DNA from: Bacteriovoracaceae bacterium
Lineage (GTDB): Bacteria; Bdellovibrionota; Bacteriovoracia; Bacteriovoracales; Bacteriovoracaceae
DNA: 30,240 nucleotides
Reading direction: 5' to 3'
Assembly: GCA_041586955.1 (NCBI GenBank)
Contig: JBFGZE010000033.1
Location: 1 to 30,240, forward strand
Below are positions 17,884 to 26,320 of the stretch, piece by piece; position 1 is the stretch's first letter; every line of letters starts with the position of its first letter. Made by a program: the position numbers and the translations under genes. Below the pieces are notes generated by a model. It saw only the letters and a program-made list of their open reading frames with translations. It had not been told where the DNA came from and searched no databases.

Positions 17884-18799
17884 TAAATTTACCAACCCAT
17901 TAATAACAGCAAAAGGTGAGCAACGTGCCTTCGTACCTTTTGATGGCTATCAAACCCTATGGTTTAATACGGGAACCCAGTGTAATCTTTCTTGTCAGCA
18001 CTGCTATATCGAATCATCACCCACAAATGATCGCCTTCAATATTTAACGATAGAAGATGTCTTACCTTTTCTCAAAGAATTAAAAAATGAAGAGAGCAAT
18101 TGTCAAAAAATAGGTTTTACCGGGGGAGAGCCATTTCTAAACCCCCAAATGATTCCCATTCTTCATGCCTGCTTAGAGCAGGGTTTTCATTGCCTGGTGC
18201 TGACCAATGCTCACCGAGTGATTAAACGGGTCCACGATGATATCTTACGACTCGACCGAGACTTCCCAGGGCAATTAAAACTAAGGGTATCTCTTGATCA
18301 CTATACCCAAGAATTACATGAAAAAGAACGAGGTGCAGGAACTTTTAAAAGTACCTTGAAGGCCACAAAGCTATTATTTGACCAGGGAATCTCACTATCG
18401 ATTGCGGGGCGTTCCTTAAAAGAGGAAAGTCTCCAAATTGAACAACAAAAATATCATCAACTACTCCTTGAACATGATATTCAACTCCCAATGGATAATG
18501 ACCATTTAGTGATCTTTCCAGAAATGGATTTAAAAAAAGAAGTCCCAGAAATTAGTGTCGATTGCTGGGATATTCTTGGCAAAACACCACAGATGCAGAT
18601 GTGTGCCCATGAGCGGATGATAGTCGTCCCCAAAGAAAGCGGTCAAGCGCAAGTTCAGGCCTGTACTCTTTTGGCCTATGACCCCCAATTCAACATGGGA
18701 CAAACATTAGAAGAGGCCAAACAACAAGTTTTCCTCAACCATCAATTCTGTGCCCAGTTCTGTGTTTTAGGTGGCGCAAGCTGTTCCCAAGCGGGGTAA
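17873..18799 (+). CDS. Radical SAM protein with Cys-rich C-terminus (not canonical ArsS)
   Basis: TLWFNTGTQCNLSCQHCYIESSP (CxxxCxxC), FTGGEPF, VLTN, RVSLD; C-terminal CW...MC...ACTLL...FCAQFCVLGGASC. ATG17873 overlaps the DUF547 3' end by 11 nt. Confidence 0.88.
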   Translation: MNDNKFTNPLITAKGEQRAFVPFDGYQTLWFNTGTQCNLSCQHCYIESSPTNDRLQYLTIEDVLPFLKELKNEESNCQKIGFTGGEPFLNPQMIPILHACLEQGFHCLVLTNAHRVIKRVHDDILRLDRDFPGQLKLRVSLDHYTQELHEKERGAGTFKSTLKATKLLFDQGISLSIAGRSLKEESLQIEQQKYHQLLLEHDIQLPMDNDHLVIFPEMDLKKEVPEISVDCWDILGKTPQMQMCAHERMIVVPKESGQAQVQACTLLAYDPQFNMGQTLEEAKQQVFLNHQFCAQFCVLGGASCSQAG

Positions 18800-18943
18800 T
18801 TATTTTTATACGTCCTATTATCTTGTCAAAAAACATTCTTTTTTTAACTAAGACACAAAGGGATTTATCTACTTCATTCATTGCCGAGGTATTTTTCGAC
18901 AATTTAGTTTAAAAAGCTAAACTTCCCCTACTTCTACCCTCAA

Positions 18944-18972
18944 AATGGCGACTTAAATAATAAGTCGCCATT
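18944..18972 (-). terminator. Intrinsic terminator downstream of the malectin-domain gene (possibly bidirectional)
   Basis: Perfect 12-bp stem AATGGCGACTTA-AATAA-TAAGTCGCCATT, 15 nt past the stop at 18988; T-run on the minus strand. Confidence 0.8.
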
Positions 18973-18987
18973 CGAATTTAAATTTAA

Positions 18988-21249
18988 TTAATTTGCCATT
19001 CTATAGATCGAGAAATCAGCTACCCCCGTGGGGCCCCAGCCTGGCTCTTTAGGAAACTTAAGGATACGCATATGTTCCCATGGGATCCCCTTGAGATAAT
19101 TCAAAGAGCTTGGAAACATCTCTGCTGGATATGGATCTGTTGGCCAACTTTGAGGATTTATAGCGTAAAGCGAAACAGCTCCACTATAGTCACCAACATA
19201 GGCACCGTATTGTTGTAATGCCTTAGCGATGATACGCTCATAAGAAGTCATATTAAACTTACTCAAGTCTAAGTTTGGATCGAGCTGTAAGTGAGCTCCC
19301 TCTGGGATCGCTCCAGGTGTCGTGACCCATCCATCACTGGCCGTCGCAGGAGGAACAAACCCACCAGCGGCAGCTATCGGTAATGCCATAAAAAGAGCAT
19401 GGTCAATACGGCCTTGCTTAAACTCTTCTGGCCAAATGATTCCTGCCATTGCGGCAAACCCTGATGCTTTAGCACCGGATCCGGTAGGAAATATACCATT
19501 ACTATCTAAGGCAATACGGTTCCCCCAAGAAGTACTCCAAGAACCATCGGCATGTTTTTTGGCCTGCCAAAAATCATACTCATAACCTGTTGAGATATCC
19601 ATAATCACCATATGCCCATCCCTCTGCGGATCTGGCTTAGCATTACTAGGGATAGGAACATTGACCATCGCTTGAAAACCGTACTTCGTATTAGAACCAG
19701 TAATCGCGACATCATAGCGAGGTGTTTTTGCATCTGCAACATACACAGGGACTGACCATGTACGCATGTTTAATATCGGATCATAAGTTTCGCGCGTGGC
19801 CTTAACTAATGCCTGAACCATCGCGCCAGAGTCTGGATCGATTGCGGGATTTGCTGGAATGGGTGTGTTCCAAACACTATCTTTTGAATACAACGGTAAA
19901 GGTAGATATGGAGGTAACAGGGCCCCGGACTGAGTTGGAGCAGATAAAGTCTTAACTGTTATTGTACTCGATAGACCTGACTCATTTGATTTATTATCCA
20001 ATGCTCTAACCGCATATGTATAAGTGGTAGAAGCACGAAGGCCGGTGTCTGTATATGTCGTCGCTGTACTTGTTGCCAAATACGACCCATCTCTATAAAC
20101 CTTATAGCCTAATATACCATCACTATCACTGGATGCACTAAAAGAAAGCATAACAGAACTGTAAGTAATATTTGATGAAACTAGGTTTTGTGGGACGGTA
20201 GGCGCCACTTCAGGTGCTGGGGCCGGTGATTCCGTCGTCACACTAGGATCTAGAGGAGTCTCTGACGTCTTATGGATCTCAATTGCATTAATGATAGGAT
20301 TATCAAGACCTCCGATAAAATCGATGTTAAGTGTACTGTCATTTACTGAAACTTCACTTATGGTTTTAATGATAGCTTTGTATAATCCACCTGCCTCACT
20401 AAATACATCAATGTTTGAAAGAGACTTATTTTCAACATTAACACCAAAAACTCTTTTGCCAGCAAAATAATATTGATTAGTCTCAGCAAAGTGTAGTTTT
20501 ACGGTATATGTTCCATTTTCAACAGGAACTTTATACTGAGACGGCCCCCACCTTTCTGTTTGGTATAAGCGATCACTATTCGTATTTTCAATTGCAACAG
20601 AAGCCCCTCTATCAACAATGTCACCTCCAGAAACATAACGATCAGATTGCCAAACAACTCCTGCAGCATCTGTATATGAATTCATACTACCCGATTGAAT
20701 GAAAATTGAAGAAAGGTAGCCATTATCAGATGGTGCTGGTTCTGGTTCTGGTGCTGGTGCAGGTACCTCTGTTGATTCTTGTGTTTGAAATGAAAGATTC
20801 AGATAATCAAAAATGATATTACTGGCATTTCTCCTCGAATAAACTTGGAGCCTTAACGTTCCCTTAGAACTTAAATAGTCATTGAGAGGCCCGGCCAGTT
20901 TAAATTGAGCATCGTGAAATTTACCACTAGAAAAAGCTCTTAAGTCTGCAACCGCTTCCCAAGAACGTCCTTTACGAACTTTAATTCTATAAGAGTTTTG
21001 ATCTAATACTTTAAACTTAATATTGACGATTGGCACTCTCAAGTCTTTATTAGACTGGAAGTAAAAATCAATTACGCCAACGCCTTTTCTTTTGGTCGTA
21101 TGCAGGGTCAAATATTTGGCGTCGTCTTTAGCTAAAAGGTCTGCGACACTGCCATCAATGTGTCCACTCCGGACGACAGAGTGACTGGGACTCAATGCAT
21201 ACAGACTAGATGAAAGAAATGCTAGTAGTAAATAAAGTATGGTTTTCAC
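18988..21249 (-). CDS. Secreted multidomain protein: N-terminal beta domain, malectin, FN3, C-terminal domain of unknown function
   Basis: RBS GGGAG + GTG; signal peptide; PAPEP linkers. Malectin (LYQTERWG..Y.VPVENGTYTVKLHFAE...RVF.V.VE...IDVF.EAGG...INAIEI, ~20272-20710). FN3 (PTVPQNL...GYKVYRDG...YTDTGL...YTYAVRALD, ~19948-20204). C-terminal ~300-aa domain (DGHMVIMD...EYDFWQ...AGII...IDHAL...SDG...ALQQYG). Confidence 0.85.
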   Translation of the reverse strand: MKTILYLLLAFLSSSLYALSPSHSVVRSGHIDGSVADLLAKDDAKYLTLHTTKRKGVGVIDFYFQSNKDLRVPIVNIKFKVLDQNSYRIKVRKGRSWEAVADLRAFSSGKFHDAQFKLAGPLNDYLSSKGTLRLQVYSRRNASNIIFDYLNLSFQTQESTEVPAPAPEPEPAPSDNGYLSSIFIQSGSMNSYTDAAGVVWQSDRYVSGGDIVDRGASVAIENTNSDRLYQTERWGPSQYKVPVENGTYTVKLHFAETNQYYFAGKRVFGVNVENKSLSNIDVFSEAGGLYKAIIKTISEVSVNDSTLNIDFIGGLDNPIINAIEIHKTSETPLDPSVTTESPAPAPEVAPTVPQNLVSSNITYSSVMLSFSASSDSDGILGYKVYRDGSYLATSTATTYTDTGLRASTTYTYAVRALDNKSNESGLSSTITVKTLSAPTQSGALLPPYLPLPLYSKDSVWNTPIPANPAIDPDSGAMVQALVKATRETYDPILNMRTWSVPVYVADAKTPRYDVAITGSNTKYGFQAMVNVPIPSNAKPDPQRDGHMVIMDISTGYEYDFWQAKKHADGSWSTSWGNRIALDSNGIFPTGSGAKASGFAAMAGIIWPEEFKQGRIDHALFMALPIAAAGGFVPPATASDGWVTTPGAIPEGAHLQLDPNLDLSKFNMTSYERIIAKALQQYGAYVGDYSGAVSLYAINPQSWPTDPYPAEMFPSSLNYLKGIPWEHMRILKFPKEPGWGPTGVADFSIYRMAN
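20731..20764. repeat. Imperfect 6-nt tandem repeat encoding a Pro-Ala/Pro-Glu linker
   Basis: tggtgc tggttc tggttc tggtgc tggtgc aggt reads PAPAPEPEPAP on the minus strand. Confidence 0.6.
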
Positions 21250-21639
21250 CTTTGTACTCCCTATTAAATTTTGCTAAATGCTTATTAAGAACAATCTTTT
21301 TATTTTATTTAGTATAATGGCATGTACAATAGTGATCATACTCCTTTGAGCGGCGTTTTTTTATATTCCGCCATAATGACTTATAACCCCCTTATTTTAA
21401 ATGGGAAAATTCTTTTTTTTAAAGCGTTCCCTATTGAAAATTATCAATAAAAACTGCCATAACAATGAGGCATTCTTTAAATTATCAGGAACCTAGCGAG
21501 GAGTATTGATCTAATCCTATTAACCGATAACAATGATGGTAAAATACCACTTTTTCACTGCATAAACTGTACCATTGTTAGCAATAGCAGTGTGATTGAA
21601 GAAATCAAGAGCTGCCCCCTTTAAGTCACTAGGAGGGTA

Positions 21640-22065
21640 TTATAAAAAGGAGTCCACGATATTTAATAATAGGCCGTATCGAAATAATTTCCCAAAAAAC
21701 ATATAAAGAAAAATATAAGAGGCCCGTAACTGCAAAAGGCCACAAACCGCCGCAATGAATTCCCCCACAAATGGTAACCAACAAAAAAATGACAACCACT
21801 CCCCTCGCCCCGACAAACGCTTTTCCCATAGGTCCAACCGCTCCTGATCAAATCGTAAAAATTTAAGAGTAACCGCCCTGCCTTTGTATTTCGCCAACAA
21901 ATAACAAGTCATTCCACCTAAAGTATTACCAAGTGTCGCGATAACTAAAATCCAAGAGAGAGAATGCCCAACGGATTGCAGATATAATAAATAGGCCTCA
22001 GAACCTAAAGGAATAAAGGACCCCGCTAAAAAGGAAATTATCAATAAATTAACGAGTGCCAACAT
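21640..22065 (-). CDS. YqaA/DedA (VTT domain) membrane protein
   Basis: SFLAGSFIPLGSEAYL, ATLGNTLGGMTCY, WLPFVGE, GKLFRY: YqaA motif pattern. Overlaps the upstream gene by 17 nt. Confidence 0.85.
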   Translation of the reverse strand: MLALVNLLIISFLAGSFIPLGSEAYLLYLQSVGHSLSWILVIATLGNTLGGMTCYLLAKYKGRAVTLKFLRFDQERLDLWEKRLSGRGEWLSFFCWLPFVGEFIAAVCGLLQLRASYIFLYMFFGKLFRYGLLLNIVDSFL

Positions 22066-23335
22066 GACGTCTCAATTCCCATAAGAGCGGAAAAAACCAA
22101 AGGTGAGTCATTAACTCACCCAGGGGTAGCCAAACTTCATCAACACCATAAAAAGCGTAGGAAAAACAACTAAAGAATGCATATATAATAGGTAGGCGTA
22201 GACCTAAAAGTAAGGACGGTATTAGCATCCAAATACAATACCATGGATTATAAACTGGCGTAAAAAACAAAAGCCCAGCGAAAATGCCAACTGCCGCCTG
22301 CATAATTTGGCGATTGGTAATGATCCATTTTTGACGCCACACACACCGCAGGATCATGATAGCAAGCCAGATAAGATAAAGACCGTACCCATAAGTGGTT
22401 AGGACACGCGCCTGAGAGCTTGCAAGACCAAAAAGACGGTGTAGCAGTGAATAAAAACCGGGATTCCATACCCAATAAGAACTAAAGGCACGCATGCCAT
22501 GCCAATCTCCCTTAAATTGATGGGCCCAACTCCAAAGAAACGGTAAGCTCATAATAACGAGAAAGACAGCACCTCTATATCCCCAACGTTTTAGGCTTTT
22601 ATCACCTGGATGCCCCCGAAAGAATTGAAAAGGTAATAATGCCAACCCCAGAACTTTTAATTGGTAGCTTAGAAAAAGACTCAGCAAATTTTTAAAAGGT
22701 CCGCTATTTTGAAAATAGAAAATAAGGGGAATGGCAGCCACCAGATCAAGATGAACCGATTGAATAAATTCTTTCTGGAAAAATGGAAAAAGTAAAACCA
22801 AAGGCCATAACCGCCATTTGAAACGGGCCCCTTGCCGCCACAAAAACCACACAAGAAAACCATTGGCCAATTGCAATACTCGCAGGCCAAAGTCATATTT
22901 AAAAGCGCCCGCCAAATAAAACCAAACCAATGCTAAAGGGGGATAAATGCCGGGTAGATAAGGAAAACCTATATCTTTTCGATGAGTAAACTCTACCCCA
23001 TCTAATGCGACGGCCTCTGGTGGAGTTAGGTAGGGATTAAAACCCTTAAAAAAAACTTTCGACTCCCAAATATAACGATAATGATCGTTTTCAAAGAGAG
23101 GTTCGCCCAGTAGAATGATCACAAGACCTATACAGAAAACCCCCAGTGAAGGTACCGGAAGGATGGACTTTTTGGGGATAAAAATCCACACCGCAATGCC
23201 ATAAATCAGAGTCCAGGCGATATAAAAAGGACCTCCGGTATATTCCGGCCCAGGAGATTGAAAAATATGGGCCAAAACCGTAATTGCGATGCTATTAATT
23301 AGCCAAAAGAGATGAATTCGCCAACTTTCTTTCAT
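22049..23335 (-). CDS. Polytopic GT-C-fold (GT87/DUF2029-like) glycosyltransferase
   Basis: About 10 hydrophobic segments; first loop ENDHYRYIWESKV...GFNPYL.PP; IYPPLA; HLD; late YNPWY motif. This pattern is typical of polyprenyl-phosphosugar-dependent transferases. Confidence 0.7.
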   Translation of the reverse strand: MKESWRIHLFWLINSIAITVLAHIFQSPGPEYTGGPFYIAWTLIYGIAVWIFIPKKSILPVPSLGVFCIGLVIILLGEPLFENDHYRYIWESKVFFKGFNPYLTPPEAVALDGVEFTHRKDIGFPYLPGIYPPLALVWFYLAGAFKYDFGLRVLQLANGFLVWFLWRQGARFKWRLWPLVLLFPFFQKEFIQSVHLDLVAAIPLIFYFQNSGPFKNLLSLFLSYQLKVLGLALLPFQFFRGHPGDKSLKRWGYRGAVFLVIMSLPFLWSWAHQFKGDWHGMRAFSSYWVWNPGFYSLLHRLFGLASSQARVLTTYGYGLYLIWLAIMILRCVWRQKWIITNRQIMQAAVGIFAGLLFFTPVYNPWYCIWMLIPSLLLGLRLPIIYAFFSCFSYAFYGVDEVWLPLGELMTHLWFFPLLWELRRHVGTR

Positions 23336-23364
23336 ATTCTATAAGTTACTGCAAAGGAGAAAAT

Positions 23365-24108
23365 GTGTCTGGCCAAAAGGATACCATAGTCATTATTCCC
23401 GCTTTTAATGAAGAAAAGTCTATCGGTTTAGTGCTCGACCAAATCCCTAGGGAGCGGGTTGAAAAAATCATCGTCGTCAATAATAATTCTACCGACCAGA
23501 CGGAGTCCCAGGCCTTAGCACATGGAGCAGAAGTTATTTTTGAAGGAACTCCAGGCTATGGAAATGCCTGCTTAAAAGGTATTGCCCACCTCAAAGATAA
23601 ACCACCGAAAAATGTCGCATTTCTTGATGGTGATTTTTCTGATGACCCACGCGAATTATCGATACTACTCTTAGAGCTCGACCGAGGCCATGATTTGGTT
23701 ATTGGTTCGCGCAATAGAGGGAAGGCCCAAAAAGGTAGTTTATTACCGCAGGCCATTTTTGGCAATTGGTTAGCAACCTCATTACTGCGTCTTTTTTTTG
23801 GTGGCCACGCTTTTACCGATCTTGGACCTTTCCGTGTAATTCGCTACCAGGCCTTAATGGATATTAGAATGGAAGACCGTACTTTTGGCTGGACTGTAGA
23901 GATGCAGGCCAAGGCCTTGATCTATAGATTACGATGTTCAGAAATAGCAGTGAGTTATAAGCAGCGAATCGGTGTTTCCAAGATTACCGGAACGCTCAAA
24001 GGGACTATATTGGCCGGACATAAAATTATACAAACTTTATTTATACTCAAATTTAAGTGCCTAATCGGTATCATTCCCCAAAATCATTTGGGAAAAGCTC
24101 TCGACTAG
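23365..24108 (+). CDS. Glycosyltransferase family 2 (DPM1/polyprenol-phosphate glycosyltransferase-like)
   Basis: RBS AAGGAG + GTG; VIIPAFNEE, VVNNNSTD, GYGNAC, FLDGDFSD, DLVIGSR, FGNWLAT, FTDLGPFR, FGWTVEMQ, RIGVSKITGT. Confidence 0.9.
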   Translation: MSGQKDTIVIIPAFNEEKSIGLVLDQIPRERVEKIIVVNNNSTDQTESQALAHGAEVIFEGTPGYGNACLKGIAHLKDKPPKNVAFLDGDFSDDPRELSILLLELDRGHDLVIGSRNRGKAQKGSLLPQAIFGNWLATSLLRLFFGGHAFTDLGPFRVIRYQALMDIRMEDRTFGWTVEMQAKALIYRLRCSEIAVSYKQRIGVSKITGTLKGTILAGHKIIQTLFILKFKCLIGIIPQNHLGKALD

Positions 24109-25047
24109 CTTTTTATCGTATTTACCACTTAATTGTTTAAGATGCTGGATGGCCTCCATCACAGACATAGCTTCACGATAACTTCTTTTAGCAATCATTG
24201 CCGCAAAAGAATCGGCTATCGCCACAACTTTGGCAGGCATATAAATTTCAGGCCCTTTTAAATTATTGGGATAGCCATGGCCATTGGGTTGTTCATGATG
24301 CTGAAGAACTATTTGCTGGACTTCCGAGCGGACTCCACGAAAACCATCGAGAAGTTGCTTCCCCAATTCTGGATGGCGCCACATTTCTTTACGCTGCTCG
24401 GGGGTTAGCTCGACGACCTCCTCAGGATCAAACGTTAATTGCCCGACACCAATATCATGAAGAAAGGCACCCATCCCCACGATCTGCAAATTATTATCAC
24501 TGACGACACCATTACGCTTCGCCAACATGACAGATAGGATACTGACGGTAATAGAATGCTTCATCATATATTTCTGATTACCCATCATCTTTAAGATACG
24601 AATTAAAAACTTCGGACTTTTTGAAACCCCATCGATACAGCCATGAACAACATTATGAGCATTCTCAATCTTCCTCTCATCAACATTCGTTTTTACCACT
24701 AACTCTTGAACCGTTAGGTTGGCCAGCTCTTTTAAAACTTCAATCGCTTCACTCGTGGGCATGGAGTTATCACGAAGACGATCACCTAAATTTTCAAGAT
24801 GGGCGATATAAACTTGATAATCAATCATCGTCACAAAGAAAAAAGTAATACCTTTTTTCTCATAAGCGTAAACTCTCTCCCAATCGAGAACGTCACCCTT
24901 TTTAAAGATTTTAGTATAGGAATTAGTTCCCCTCTGCACACTAATATCAAAAGGCAGGCATCGACTCATCTTTTTAAGAAGATTTAGGGAAATTTGCATA
25001 TAAGAAGTTACAGTTTGATTATTCACAATATTAAGTTTAACTGACAA
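24061..25047 (-). CDS. HD-GYP cyclic-dinucleotide phosphodiesterase
   Basis: HSITVS, FLHDIG, HPELG, HHEQPNGHGYP, VAIADSF, RSYR: complete motif set. Start codon uncertain (TTG25047 or a downstream ATG). Confidence 0.88.
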   Translation of the reverse strand: MSVKLNIVNNQTVTSYMQISLNLLKKMSRCLPFDISVQRGTNSYTKIFKKGDVLDWERVYAYEKKGITFFFVTMIDYQVYIAHLENLGDRLRDNSMPTSEAIEVLKELANLTVQELVVKTNVDERKIENAHNVVHGCIDGVSKSPKFLIRILKMMGNQKYMMKHSITVSILSVMLAKRNGVVSDNNLQIVGMGAFLHDIGVGQLTFDPEEVVELTPEQRKEMWRHPELGKQLLDGFRGVRSEVQQIVLQHHEQPNGHGYPNNLKGPEIYMPAKVVAIADSFAAMIAKRSYREAMSVMEAIQHLKQLSGKYDKKLVESFSQMILGNDTD

Positions 25048-25270
25048 AAGGGATGTGTGGGAAATAGGCAGATATTGACATATCTATTATTTTAGAAAAA
25101 CTTCGCTCTATTACAAAGACTTCAGAGAAAGGGGATCAAGAAGTAACACTCACCAAAATAAAACGGAAAAGTAAATAATTTATATTTCCCTCCAATGTAA
25201 TGTCATAGTAGTTTACAACTCACGTATACAAAGGGTTTCAAAAAAGGAAACCTTTATGTTAGCAGTAATC

Positions 25271-25297
25271 CTTGAAGGGTCTCAAAGGCCCTTCAAG
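25271..25297. terminator. Stem-loop downstream of the DUF3015-like gene
   Basis: CTTGAAGGGTCT-CAA-AGGCCCTTCAAG, 12-bp stem with one wobble/mismatch. A second weaker hairpin (AAAGGGTTTC...GAAACCTTT) lies at ~25231-25255. Confidence 0.55.
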
Positions 25298-25310
25298 AAT
25301 TTTTTCGGCC

Positions 25311-25790
25311 TCATAATTTAGGGAGACATGCCTTCTTCAACTCCTCATCGGCCGCCATCAAATTTTCAATATTTTGGTAAACTCTATCAGGTAAGTATTG
25401 ATCATTTTTTCCGTAAACTTTTTGATAATTTTTATACATCGACTGACCAAAAATGCCCCCCTGGCACCCAATAAGTGAGGCGTAGGCATTAAGATACTCC
25501 CCTTTCCCACGTGACGATTCCGCCACCATATGGTCATAATTAAAATTGAGAAAGGCCTTTTTCATTTCTTTTGCATTATTATCTCTGGGATTGATACCTC
25601 GGCATGCACCTGTCGAGGATAAGAATTGTCCTGTAGAGGTTGGAGAAACTGTAGTTGATGTCACCCAACCGATAAGAGTTCGGGCATTAGGCTGGTTTTT
25701 ATAAAGATAATCGTGACATTCTTTATGATTATATGAAAACCCATTACTTGATAAAAAAGAAAGTATAAGAATCAATCCTAAATTCTTCAT
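25311..25790 (-). CDS. DUF3015-like exported protein
   Basis: Signal peptide; SSTGAC...AFLNFNYDHMVAESSRGKGEYLNAYASLIGC pattern; RBS GAGG. Confidence 0.65.
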   Translation of the reverse strand: MKNLGLILILSFLSSNGFSYNHKECHDYLYKNQPNARTLIGWVTSTTVSPTSTGQFLSSTGACRGINPRDNNAKEMKKAFLNFNYDHMVAESSRGKGEYLNAYASLIGCQGGIFGQSMYKNYQKVYGKNDQYLPDRVYQNIENLMAADEELKKACLPKL

Positions 25791-25934
25791 TCTAACCTCG
25801 ACTTGCTTAAGTTTATTATATGGGCCTCATTATAACCTATTCAGTTAAAAGCGTAATTGATGGTGATAAATACCTGACAATCCTACCTGGTTAGTCAACT
25901 ACCAAAGTGATTTGGACGCAATCGACTCATTCTA

Positions 25935-25943
25935 TGCTATAAT
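25935..25943 (+). promoter_or_regulatory. Extended -10 promoter element
   Basis: TG-C-TATAAT perfect extended -10, ~31 nt upstream of ATG25975, which has a GGAGG RBS. Confidence 0.5.
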
Positions 25944-25974
25944 TCGCAGGCCCCACATTATCCTCGGAGGAAAT

Positions 25975-26175
25975 ATGAAAATAGAACTCAATAAGGATGA
26001 ATGTCATTACCTTGAAGAAATACTCGAAAGTTACGCCAGCAATTTGCGGATGGAGCTTAGAAGAACCGAACGAAGTGTCTATAAAAAGGAATTAAAGGAA
26101 AAGCACCATCACTTGGAAGATATTATCTCCAAAGTGAAGGCCGGCGCAGAGAAAAACCTTTACATGGAAACTTAG
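25975..26175 (+). CDS. Small helical hypothetical protein (66 aa)
   Basis: Strong RBS GGAGG 5 nt before ATG25975; amphipathic MKIELNKDECHYLEEILESYASNLRMELRRTE... Confidence 0.65.
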   Translation: MKIELNKDECHYLEEILESYASNLRMELRRTERSVYKKELKEKHHHLEDIISKVKAGAEKNLYMET

Positions 26176-26320
26176 TTCCTTGATCAAGATTATCGTATTT
26201 AAAAAACTTCTATTCAAATAGCATCTATGGTGATTTTTAGAGAAAAGATGCTCGAGATCTATTATTTCTAACTGAGCGAAAATATTGCTGACTTTCCCAA
26301 ACAAAAAAGAACCATTATAA

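Noticed and set aside
16058..18799. Selenocysteine read-through in the arsM/DUF547/rSAM genes
   Set aside because: All three ORFs are uninterrupted and end in TAA; there is no in-frame TGA.
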